This document shows positions 52,345 through 60,035 of a stretch of DNA of 64,000 bases, piece by piece; positions within the stretch are counted from its first letter, which is position 1; the number at the start of each line of letters is the position of its first letter. The position numbers and the translations under genes were made by a program. Origin of the DNA: Escherichia phage EO1; sequence record OQ223305.1, one strand, 5' to 3'. Below the pieces are notes generated by a model. The model was not told the origin of the DNA. It worked only from the letters and a program-made list of their open reading frames with translations, and ran no database searches.

Positions 52345-52420
52345 GCTGATTTAGCTCAGTAGGTAGAGCAACTCACTTGTAATGAGAATGTCGGCGGTTC
52401 GATTCCGTCAATCAGCACCA
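52345..52420 (+). tRNA. tRNA-Thr (anticodon UGU)
   Basis: Acceptor GCTGATT/AATCAGC, D-arm TAGCTCAGTAGGTAGAGC, anticodon loop CTTGTAA, 3' ACCA. Confidence 0.75.
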
Positions 52421-52421
52421 A

Positions 52422-52496
52422 GGCCCTGTAGCTGGAAGGTTCAAGCAAGCGACTCATAATCGCCAGATGGTGGTTCAATTCCACCCAGGGCCACCA
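52422..52496 (+). tRNA. tRNA with CAU anticodon (Met, or lysidine-type Ile as annotated in T4)
   Basis: Acceptor GGCCCTG/CAGGGCC, anticodon loop CTCATAA, T-loop GGTTCAATTCC, 3' ACCA. Confidence 0.75.
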
Positions 52497-52509
52497 AATT
52501 AAGAATTAA

Positions 52510-52596
52510 GGGGAGTTATCCCGTAGAGGTAGCGGTGTGGACTGTAAATCCATTGTCATTGCGACTCGGGTGGTTCGACTCCATCACTCCCCACCA
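52510..52596 (+). tRNA. tRNA-Tyr (anticodon GUA), type II
   Basis: Acceptor GGGGAGT/ACTCCCC, anticodon region ACTGTAAATC identical to the bacterial tRNA-Tyr loop, long variable arm, 3' ACCA. Confidence 0.75.
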
Positions 52597-52600
52597 ATTT

Positions 52601-52675
52601 GGATGTGTAGCTCAATGGCAGAGCGATCGCCTGTTAAGCGATTGGTTATAGGTTCGAATCCTATCACGTCCGCCA
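52601..52675 (+). tRNA. tRNA-Asn (anticodon GUU)
   Basis: Acceptor GGATGTG/CACGTCC (one G-U pair), anticodon stem ATCGC/GCGAT with loop CTGTTAA, T-loop GGTTCGAATCC, 3' GCCA. Confidence 0.75.
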
Positions 52676-52789
52676 AATTTGTGACAACTGTCACATTAAT
52701 ATCTACTTGACGCGATTATAGGGGTTGAACTGATCACTCTTCTCTTAATTTCGTGTGAAGACATCTTGATTGTTGGAGTAGGTATTAAT

Positions 52790-52865
52790 GTGGCCGTAGT
52801 TCAGTTGGTAGAACTCGAGATTGTGATTCTCGTAGTCATGGGTTCGACCCCCATCGGTCACCCCA
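52790..52865 (+). tRNA. tRNA-His (anticodon GUG)
   Basis: Acceptor GTGGCCG/CGGTCAC, D-arm GTTCAGTTGGTAGAAC, anticodon stem CGAGA/TCTCG with loop TTGTGAT, 3' CCCA. Confidence 0.75.
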
Positions 52866-52869
52866 ATTA

Positions 52870-52945
52870 CGGGGCATAGCTCAGAAGGAAGAGCAAGGAC
52901 CTTCTAAGTCCTAGGTCGTAGGTTCGATCCCTACTGCCTCGACCA
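52870..52945 (+). tRNA. tRNA-Arg (anticodon UCU)
   Basis: Acceptor CGGGGCA/TGCCTCG, anticodon stem AGGAC/GTCCT with loop CTTCTAA, T-loop GGTTCGATCC, 3' ACCA. Confidence 0.8.
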
Positions 52946-52963
52946 ATTATAAGTGAGGAAAAT

Positions 52964-53314
52964 ATGAAAGGTAATGTTTATTTAGTAGTTCATGATTTAA
53001 CATTTTACTTCAATGAATATGAAAAACATATCTCATTTCGTGAAATTAATTTACTTTATCAACACGCGGATTATATTTATATTCAAAACGAATTTGGTCA
53101 TTGGCAATTTCTCAAAAATCGTTCATTTGGCTTAGATGGTTACGAATACTTTGAACGTAAAGACCTTTTAGATAAAATTCCGTTATCTACGCAATATCAA
53201 AATCACAAATCTTTATATAAATGCCGTCCAATTCGAAATGTTGAATCCGCGTATGAAGCAATTGATTTATGGCGTGAACGCCGTAAACAGATTTATGCTT
53301 TAAAAGAATATTAA
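52964..53314 (+). CDS. hypothetical protein
   Basis: 116-aa ORF with GTGAGGAA RBS, right after tRNA-Arg. Confidence 0.45.
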   Translation: MKGNVYLVVHDLTFYFNEYEKHISFREINLLYQHADYIYIQNEFGHWQFLKNRSFGLDGYEYFERKDLLDKIPLSTQYQNHKSLYKCRPIRNVESAYEAIDLWRERRKQIYALKEY

Positions 53315-53623
53315 GAAGCCGGGTCGCTACCGGTAAGTCGTCGGACTGATGTTCCCTGAGTAAGGAATTGCGTTAATAATCTTTGCGTTTATTGATGCCC
53401 TCTTACATCACAGCAGAAACGGCGCACCGAATTATCGATTCGAGGAAATATCTTTGCCGTAAGCCGAGTAGCGTTTTTGACGGAACGTTCGGATATGGTC
53501 GAGATATGGCCTTTTAAAAATATTGAGTAGCGTCAACTGCTTAATAACCGGGTTCGAATCCCGGCGTTTCGTACAAACACTTGCCTTAGCAGGTGGAACC
53601 CCGACAAGGTTGCCGCAAGGCTT
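53315..53623 (+). ncRNA. candidate structured stable RNA / tRNA-like element (unclassified)
   Basis: About 310 nt with no ORF of 60 aa or more on either strand and visibly GC-richer than flanks. Contains a canonical T-arm (CCGGG-TTCGAAT-CCCGG, 53548-53564) whose 3' flank CGTTTCG can pair with CGGAACG at 53481-53487. Ends at a strong terminator. Confidence 0.3.
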
Positions 53624-53651
53624 AGCCCCGACCGAAAGGTTGGGGCTTTTT
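53624..53651 (+). terminator. rho-independent terminator (copy 1 of a repeated hairpin)
   Basis: AGCCCCGACC-GAAA-GGTTGGGGCT 10-bp stem followed by TTTTT. 25 nt are identical to 54191-54215. Confidence 0.8.
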
Positions 53652-53701
53652 GGTATAAATATAGTAGTATATTAAATCCACGAATTAAAACAGGAAATAA
53701 G

Positions 53702-54175
53702 ATGAAATCATATACTCAATTTTTAAATGAAGCGGTGTTAAATGAAGCATCTAGCACCGAAATTCAAGCTGTCGCAAAAGCAGCCATTGCAGCGGGTAAA
53801 TATTCTTATAAAGATGCTTCTGATGAATCGCGATTCCAGTTCGCACGCGACATGAAAGCGGAAGGATTTACGGGAAATGCAGTTAGTATGGCCTGGAAAA
53901 GTTTAGTTGCTACTGGCGCTGCTTTTGCAAAGGCTTCGGGTAAACCTGCTCCTAAAGCAGATCCTAAAGCTGCACAAGAAAAAAATATTGTTAAAGGAAT
54001 TATCGCTAAATATGAAGCTATCCTTAAAGAGCTTTTAGTAATCAAAACCGAAGGCCAAAAGCTAGCTCGTGCTTATAGTTTCAAAGATAACCCACATGCT
54101 CATGACCTAGAGTATGTTGAAGATCTCCAAAAAATCATCAAAGACCGCATTTGGTCTGCTAAACAAATCAAATAA
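53702..54175 (+). CDS. internal protein (IP) family member with capsid targeting sequence; Ala/Lys-rich
   Basis: 157-aa ORF. N-terminus MKSYTQFLNE-A resembles the IP capsid-targeting consensus with an LxE cleavage motif. AGGA RBS. Bracketed by two copies of the same terminator. Confidence 0.55.
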   Translation: MKSYTQFLNEAVLNEASSTEIQAVAKAAIAAGKYSYKDASDESRFQFARDMKAEGFTGNAVSMAWKSLVATGAAFAKASGKPAPKADPKAAQEKNIVKGIIAKYEAILKELLVIKTEGQKLARAYSFKDNPHAHDLEYVEDLQKIIKDRIWSAKQIK

Positions 54176-54182
54176 CATTCTT

Positions 54183-54211
54183 AGCCCTAGCCGAAAGGTT
54201 GGGGCTTTTTG
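54183..54211 (+). terminator. rho-independent terminator (copy 2 of the repeated hairpin)
   Basis: AGCCCTAGCC-GAAA-GGTTGGGGCT followed by TTTTT. Confidence 0.8.
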
Positions 54212-54342
54212 GTATCTAGGCCTTTCCAGGCCTCTCTAGACATCATTTAGTTTCTACCCTTTATAATATATTATCCTATCCTTTGATTTCCCCTCCCTGC
54301 CCTAGAATTCCCCAAAACTTTTTAAAAATTTTTCACAAAACT

Positions 54343-54373
54343 GTTTACACCCTTGTCATTCCATGGTACTATA
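54343..54373 (+). promoter_or_regulatory. T4-type early promoter
   Basis: GTTTAC at 54343-54348, then TGgTACTAT around 54364-54373. Confidence 0.55.
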
Positions 54374-54415
54374 CAACTATCAACTACTGATACAGAAAAC
54401 AACTTGGAGAATGAA

Positions 54416-54679
54416 ATGGATAATTATGGTGAACTGTTCAACTTCTTTATGAAATGTGTTTCAGAAGATTTTGGTCGTACAGTGAATGATATTAAAGTTA
54501 TCGGTCCTGACCATCCGATGTTTGAAACTTACGCAGTAATGGGTAATGAAGATGGTCAGTGGTATACTGTAAAGGTTGTGATTAACATGTTCACAGCAGA
54601 AGGTTATGTTAAACTGTCTTCTAAAGTTTACCATGATAACGACGAAATCGCAGAAGAATATTTCAATAATATGAAATAA
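54416..54679 (+). CDS. hypothetical protein
   Basis: Track start at 54353 is a TTG inside the promoter. ATG at 54416 with GGAGA RBS gives 87 aa. Confidence 0.45.
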   Translation: MDNYGELFNFFMKCVSEDFGRTVNDIKVIGPDHPMFETYAVMGNEDGQWYTVKVVINMFTAEGYVKLSSKVYHDNDEIAEEYFNNMK

Positions 54680-54747
54680 TTGTGTACAAACACCAAGGAT
54701 GGTGTTATTATAGACTTATCAAAACAAATACAGAAACGGAGAAATAA

Positions 54748-54924
54748 ATGACTACTTTAATTATTTGGTTCGACGAGAATGAAGAAACATACTGCGTGAA
54801 TATTGGTGAAAGCCCAATGCCAGAGTTTGAATCTTCAGATAAAAATTCGGTTGTATCCTGGGCTGAAGGTTATAAAGCAGCAAAAGGCGATGTCGAAATA
54901 GTTTATAAACTCTTTGGAGTATAA
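54748..54924 (+). CDS. hypothetical small protein
   Basis: 58-aa ORF below the track threshold (MTTLIIWFDENEETYCVNIG..), GGAGA RBS. Confidence 0.35.
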   Translation: MTTLIIWFDENEETYCVNIGESPMPEFESSDKNSVVSWAEGYKAAKGDVEIVYKLFGV

Positions 54925-54969
54925 TACTCCCACGGATTATAAAACCCTTAATTAACTAAAGGAAATGCT

Positions 54970-55563
54970 ATGAACATGCTGAAGAAAATTGTTGAGTTTA
55001 TTCGCACTAAACTTGGTTCTGCTATGGCTAAAAATCTATCTGTTGAAGAGCAGTATACTGCCGCAGCAGCAAAATTGCTTGATAAAATTAAAGATCTAAA
55101 AACTGCTTCTGTTAAATCTATTAATGAAGAAAAGCGTATTCGTGAACTTATTGTCGAAAAGAATAAGCAGGCCGAATCAAAAGAGCGTGAAATTCGCAAG
55201 CTCCTTTCGGAAGGTCAAGATGTAACAATGCATGCTAAACTTGGTTTACTATATCGTCGAACAGCTGAGCAGTTGACTACTAAAGCTGATGGTTATGCTG
55301 AAATGCGAATTGAAATCGCCAAGAAAGTAGTTGAGTTAGATGATGCTCGCCAAGAACTTGCAGTTAAATTGGAATATATCCGTGAAACTCGCGCCGCGAA
55401 TGCCCTTGGAATTAGTACTGCTGATGATGTAGTTGAAATTGCAGCACTGACTAAGGTTGATATTGAAGATACTCTTGCTCGAGTTGAAACCTTTAATGGT
55501 AATATTTCTGGGGTTGAAACTACCTCTGCCGATGTTCAGGAATATATTAATTCTCTGAAATAA
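54970..55563 (+). CDS. coiled-coil protein, function unknown
   Basis: 197-aa ORF, strongly helical with heptad-like charge pattern, AAAGGAAA RBS. Confidence 0.5.
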   Translation: MNMLKKIVEFIRTKLGSAMAKNLSVEEQYTAAAAKLLDKIKDLKTASVKSINEEKRIRELIVEKNKQAESKEREIRKLLSEGQDVTMHAKLGLLYRRTAEQLTTKADGYAEMRIEIAKKVVELDDARQELAVKLEYIRETRAANALGISTADDVVEIAALTKVDIEDTLARVETFNGNISGVETTSADVQEYINSLK

Positions 55564-55568
55564 TGATA

Positions 55569-55584
55569 AGGGGCTTCGGCCCCT
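55569..55584 (+). terminator. GC hairpin (weak terminator or RNA stability element)
   Basis: AGGGGC-TTCG-GCCCCT, same stem family as the hoc terminator, but no U tract. Confidence 0.4.
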
Positions 55585-55604
55585 ATTACTTGGAGTAAGT
55601 AGGA

Positions 55605-56213
55605 ATGAAAATGCAAAGTGATTTCAATTCAATGTTTGAAGAGTTCCAAAGACAGGTTGATGTTCCAGACCAATTATTAAATGCTCTTAAACGTATGGCA
55701 GAAGGACGTAATTATTATTGGGGTTCTTCATATGAAACTGTTGAAAGTCTTTCTGGAAGATTTTCTAGAGGTAAAAAGTCTTTAATACGTCCTGGAATAC
55801 TTATTAACAGTATTGAATCAATTCATTTATTAACATGCGATTTTGACGTTGAATTTACTGATTTTGTTTCTCCTGAATGGACGGTCTGTTATTTAAACGA
55901 CGATTATGATTATCTTGGCGTTTATAGTTTAAGTGATGCATGGTTTAAACGTAATTTACAAAAGTCAAATTTATTCTATATTGATACTACTGTAAAATTT
56001 CAGGGCAAGAAATATTTCTTTACTCTTATAGTTGACTCTGAAACAAAATATGAAAATAAACGTATTCTTAGTAAAAAGAATATCTTAACTACTGTCGATG
56101 ATCTTTTTGATAAATTCGTAGAAAATCCCAATTTTGAAAGCGATTTATTATTAGAAAAATTTGTTAAGGAATGCAGAGAATATGTCAAAACCATCACTAT
56201 ACCTTCCAAGTAA
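55605..56213 (+). CDS. hypothetical protein (first gene of a tandem family sharing a 3' junction module)
   Basis: 202-aa ORF. C-terminal ..EKFVKECREY.. is encoded by TTTGTTAAGGAATGCAG, which carries the RBS of the next gene. Confidence 0.5.
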   Translation: MKMQSDFNSMFEEFQRQVDVPDQLLNALKRMAEGRNYYWGSSYETVESLSGRFSRGKKSLIRPGILINSIESIHLLTCDFDVEFTDFVSPEWTVCYLNDDYDYLGVYSLSDAWFKRNLQKSNLFYIDTTVKFQGKKYFFTLIVDSETKYENKRILSKKNILTTVDDLFDKFVENPNFESDLLLEKFVKECREYVKTITIPSK

Positions 56214-56574
56214 ACCGTTGAAGTATGAATTAAAGCGTCAGATAATTTCTACTGATGTGTTAATAGGTCCTGTGGTAGCTGTATCATTTGTGATTCTGCT
56301 GATTGCTGGAATGGTTATAGACGTTATGACTGATATTGGATCTAATACAATATTTGCGTCAACGCTAATTCTTCCATTGGTAGTTCCGCTTTTATTAGTA
56401 CCTATAAATTGGATAGGATATTGGTATCAAGGAAGACACTATCGTAAACGTGTACGTGATTGGAAAGCCCAGTGCAAAAAGATTAAAAAAGAACATCAGC
56501 TTAAACTTGCTGCGTATGAATTTGATGAAATTATGAAATTTGTTAAGGAATCACGATGCAAAAGCCAAAACTAA
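56182..56574 (+). CDS. small membrane protein, paralog family member
   Basis: Track start at 56161 is a TTG; ATG at 56182. Two TM helices, then a basic segment and ..FVKESRCK.. tail. Confidence 0.45.
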   Translation: MSKPSLYLPSKPLKYELKRQIISTDVLIGPVVAVSFVILLIAGMVIDVMTDIGSNTIFASTLILPLVVPLLLVPINWIGYWYQGRHYRKRVRDWKAQCKKIKKEHQLKLAAYEFDEIMKFVKESRCKSQN

Positions 56575-56930
56575 ATAAAGTCAAATATTCTCTTCCTGAG
56601 TCATTTTTAATTTTTGCTGTAGCGTTGGCTACAGCTCTTGCGGGTAGTCTTTTTGGATTGTTAATTGACTGTCTTATTTTAAACATCCGTAGTAACGTCA
56701 GCGGTATAATAGATATAATAGAAGTTTGGAGTGAACTTCATTATACTATAGCGATTTCATTATTTTCATTCTTTGGTACAATGTTATATTTTCATTATGA
56801 TAATTTTAAAATAAATTGGCAAAGAAAAAAGGATTACAAAATACAATTAAAGGAATATAATAGCTACATGTCTTATATTGAAAAAGAATCAATGGAAGAG
56901 TTTGTGAGTGATTGTAGGAAAATTAAATGA
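56556..56930 (+). CDS. small membrane protein, paralog family member
   Basis: 124 aa, two TM helices, tail ..EEFVSDCRKIK. Start overlaps the previous gene. Confidence 0.45.
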   Translation: MQKPKLNKVKYSLPESFLIFAVALATALAGSLFGLLIDCLILNIRSNVSGIIDIIEVWSELHYTIAISLFSFFGTMLYFHYDNFKINWQRKKDYKIQLKEYNSYMSYIEKESMEEFVSDCRKIK

Positions 56931-57415
56931 TTTTAAAAACTCGCTGGTATGATTTAGATGACGGGGATGATGGCATTTCAGTTGATAGAGTTGACTGGAA
57001 TGGCTGTTCCGAAGATATGAAAAATTTGCTGATTAGGGAGTTTAGAATGGGATATCAACCAGTTAAGCCATCTACTGCAACAGATGATAAATTCGTGTGT
57101 ATTCATAATGGTCGCGCTAAATTAACGAACGCTGATTGGTTCACAGATAAAATTATGATTCTATGGTATATTATTAGTCTTCCTGTGACATCATTCGTAT
57201 TTTACTTTTTTATAAAAAATCCAATGGACAGAATAGGAGATTGGATTCTTTTAACCATACTTGTTAATATTTTTACTGCAGCAATATTATCTGGGATATG
57301 GTACACGTTCATTGAAATGCCATGGCGTTTACGCAGACAACAAAAGATTTTTGATGAAAAGAAATATACCCAAAATTTAAATAGCTTTATCACTGAATGC
57401 AGGAAATTAAAATGA
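56927..57415 (+). CDS. membrane protein, paralog family member
   Basis: 162 aa, two TM helices in the C-terminal half, tail ..FITECRKLK. ATGA overlaps with both neighbours. Confidence 0.45.
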   Translation: MILKTRWYDLDDGDDGISVDRVDWNGCSEDMKNLLIREFRMGYQPVKPSTATDDKFVCIHNGRAKLTNADWFTDKIMILWYIISLPVTSFVFYFFIKNPMDRIGDWILLTILVNIFTAAILSGIWYTFIEMPWRLRRQQKIFDEKKYTQNLNSFITECRKLK

Positions 57416-57852
57416 AAACATTATCAGCTGGTATTATCTTTATGACAGAAGATAAAGATTTATTTATGGGACGAGTTACTGGTTCTCGTAAGCCTGGAAT
57501 GATGGCACATCGCTGGGATATTCCAAAAGGTCGTGTAGAAAATTCTGATTTAAGCGCATTAGATGCAGCACGAAGAGAATGCTCAGAAGAGACTGGTTTT
57601 AACAATTATAATCCAGACCTTCTAGAAGACCTAGGTGTATTTAAATATTCTAGTAATAAAGACTTACAGTTATTTTATTATACGATTCCAGTAGAGCATG
57701 AGATGTTCAGAAATTGCCGTTGTGAGTCTTATTTTGAAAATAAAGATGGCGTTATGATTCCAGAGATGGATGCTTTTGCTCTTATTCCTCGTACTCAGTG
57801 GCAATATGTGATGGGTCCTTCACTTTACCGAATAATGAACAGCCTCTTTTAA
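57412..57852 (+). CDS. nudE: Nudix hydrolase NudE
   Basis: Nudix box GRVENSDLSALDAARRECSEETGF. ATG at 57412 with AGGAAA RBS is preferred over the track start at 57397. Lies just upstream of e, as in T4. Confidence 0.75.
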   Translation: MKTLSAGIIFMTEDKDLFMGRVTGSRKPGMMAHRWDIPKGRVENSDLSALDAARRECSEETGFNNYNPDLLEDLGVFKYSSNKDLQLFYYTIPVEHEMFRNCRCESYFENKDGVMIPEMDAFALIPRTQWQYVMGPSLYRIMNSLF

Positions 57853-58383
<531 letters not shown>

Positions 58384-58387
58384 AGTT

Positions 58388-58417
58388 GTTTACTTTCTCC
58401 TAGAATTGTGATAGTAT
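58388..58417 (+). promoter_or_regulatory. T4-type early promoter upstream of denV
   Basis: GTTTAC, then 18 nt, then TAGTAT with upstream TG, then GGAGGGA RBS. Confidence 0.55.
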
Positions 58418-58442
58418 ATTCACAGTTACTTGGAGGGATAAA

Positions 58443-58859
58443 ATGACTCGTATTAATTTGACTTTAGTATCTGAACTTGCTGATCAACATTTAATCGCAG
58501 AATACCGTGAATTGCCGCGTGTTTTTGGTATAGTTCGTAAGCATGTGGCAAACGGTAAGCGCGTTAAAGATTTTAAAATATCTTCTAAATTTATTTTAGG
58601 TTCTGGTCATGTTACGTTCTTTTATGATAAGTTAGAATTTTTGCGAAAGCGTCAATCGGACATTATAACGGAATGCTTAAAACGCGGGTTTAGTATAAAA
58701 GATACTGAAGTTCCTGACATCGGCGATATTCCAGCAGAATGGAAAAATGATTATAATCCATGCAAATCAGCTATTAAATTGAGTCAACAACGACTTGATG
58801 AAAAAATTTTAATGAAACCACATTGGTATAAGTATTACGGTAAAAATATTTACATTTAA
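58443..58859 (+). CDS. denV: endonuclease V (pyrimidine dimer DNA glycosylase)
   Basis: 138 aa. [36 protein letters not shown] matches recalled T4 endonuclease V. Confidence 0.9.
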   Translation: MTRINLTLVSELADQHLIAEYRELPRVFGIVRKHVANGKRVKDFKISSKFILGSGHVTFFYDKLEFLRKRQSDIITECLKRGFSIKDTEVPDIGDIPAEWKNDYNPCKSAIKLSQQRLDEKILMKPHWYKYYGKNIYI

Positions 58860-58868
58860 AGGAAACCC

Positions 58869-59342
58869 ATGAAAACATATCAAGAATTTATTACTGAAGC
58901 AGCTATTAATTCTCAAATTATTGCTGAATCTTTTACTGATCTTTTGAAATTTAAAAAAGGTCAAAAAATCACTGCTGTATTGGATGATGGTACAGAAGTT
59001 GAGATGGATGTACAGGGATATAATTATGCAGTAGATGGAAAACTGTATAATAAATCTCATGCTAAATTTGATTCATTTGACGACTTTGTTAATACAGTTG
59101 AAGATGAAAAAACTCGTCGATCCATTGCAACTGGTGATGCTAAGGTTCTTATGGCACATGGTCATGAACGCATTCGCGCTAAACAGAATAAAATGGGTGA
59201 AGATAATTTTGCATTAGTTGGTTATCAATCTGGTAAACAAACTTATGGCTATCAACGTACTGCTACCATGTATAATAAAAATGGTAAAATCGCCTTTGTG
59301 AATAGCAAAGGTTCTGTTCAGTATGTCAAATCATTCAAATAA
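58869..59342 (+). CDS. internal protein (IP) family member with capsid targeting sequence
   Basis: 157 aa. N-terminus MKTYQEFITE-A is almost the canonical IP capsid-targeting sequence. AAAGGAAA RBS. Confidence 0.6.
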   Translation: MKTYQEFITEAAINSQIIAESFTDLLKFKKGQKITAVLDDGTEVEMDVQGYNYAVDGKLYNKSHAKFDSFDDFVNTVEDEKTRRSIATGDAKVLMAHGHERIRAKQNKMGEDNFALVGYQSGKQTYGYQRTATMYNKNGKIAFVNSKGSVQYVKSFK

Positions 59343-59371
59343 GCAAATAAGAAATATGGGAACAAGCTGGA

Positions 59372-59389
59372 CCTCATGATTCTATGAGG
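59372..59389 (+). other. RNA hairpin in the GC-richer IP / P-loop intergenic region
   Basis: CCTCAT-GATTCT-ATGAGG stem-loop with no U tract, in a 105-nt non-coding gap. Confidence 0.3.
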
Positions 59390-59447
59390 GATTCCCGCCA
59401 ACCTGTAATAAGGTCGAGCCCAAGTGCGGTAATGGGTAAATACAGAA

Positions 59448-60035
59448 ATGGAAAATTCATGCGCCATGGAATGGCCCAAATTTAGAGATAACAAAATGAG
59501 AACATTTTTAACTGGTCCTTATCTATCCCTGATGAATGCTTTTACACACCATTCTGATGCTAGAGTAGAAGAAATTTGTAAAAACGATTATATCCCACCA
59601 TTTGAAGACTTACTCAAGCAGTATTGCACACTTCGATTAGATGGTGGCAGACAATCCGGTAAATCAACTGCTGTGACTAACTTTGCTGCTAATTGGCTGT
59701 ATGATGGTGGAACAGTTATTGTTCTTTCTAATACTTCAGCTTACGCTAAAATTTCTGCAGGCCACATTAAAAAAGAATTTTCTCGTTATTCTGGCGATGA
59801 TATTCGATTCCGCTTATTTACCGATTCTGTCCGTAGTTTTATCGGTAATAAAGGAAGCAAGTTCAGAGGTTTATCGCTTTCACGAATTTTGTATATAATT
59901 GATGAGCCTGTTAAAGCTCCTGATATGGATAAAATTTACGATATTCATATTGAAACTGTACATTACTGTTGCAATAGTAAATGCTGCATTGGTGGTATTA
60001 CTCGTCCACAGTTTTTCATAATCGGAATGCAATGA
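59448..60035 (+). CDS. small P-loop NTPase (Walker A GGRQSGKST, Walker B ILYIIDE)
   Basis: 195-aa ORF. Start uncertain, with an alternative ATG at 59496. Walker motifs and spacing resemble a terminase-type ATPase core. Confidence 0.5.
   Translation: MENSCAMEWPKFRDNKMRTFLTGPYLSLMNAFTHHSDARVEEICKNDYIPPFEDLLKQYCTLRLDGGRQSGKSTAVTNFAANWLYDGGTVIVLSNTSAYAKISAGHIKKEFSRYSGDDIRFRLFTDSVRSFIGNKGSKFRGLSLSRILYIIDEPVKAPDMDKIYDIHIETVHYCCNSKCCIGGITRPQFFIIGMQ

Noticed and set aside
53315-53660. tmRNA or group I intron hypothesis for the GC-rich structured block
   Set aside because: No encoded tag reading frame with the expected context, and no 5' GGGG-type acceptor partner with 3' CCA. No intron-containing host gene is interrupted. 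Kept only as an unclassified structured-RNA candidate.
54353-54415. Track start of the 108-aa ORF at 54353
   Set aside because: Codon 54353 is TTG and lies inside the predicted early promoter; the first ATG with an RBS is at 54416.
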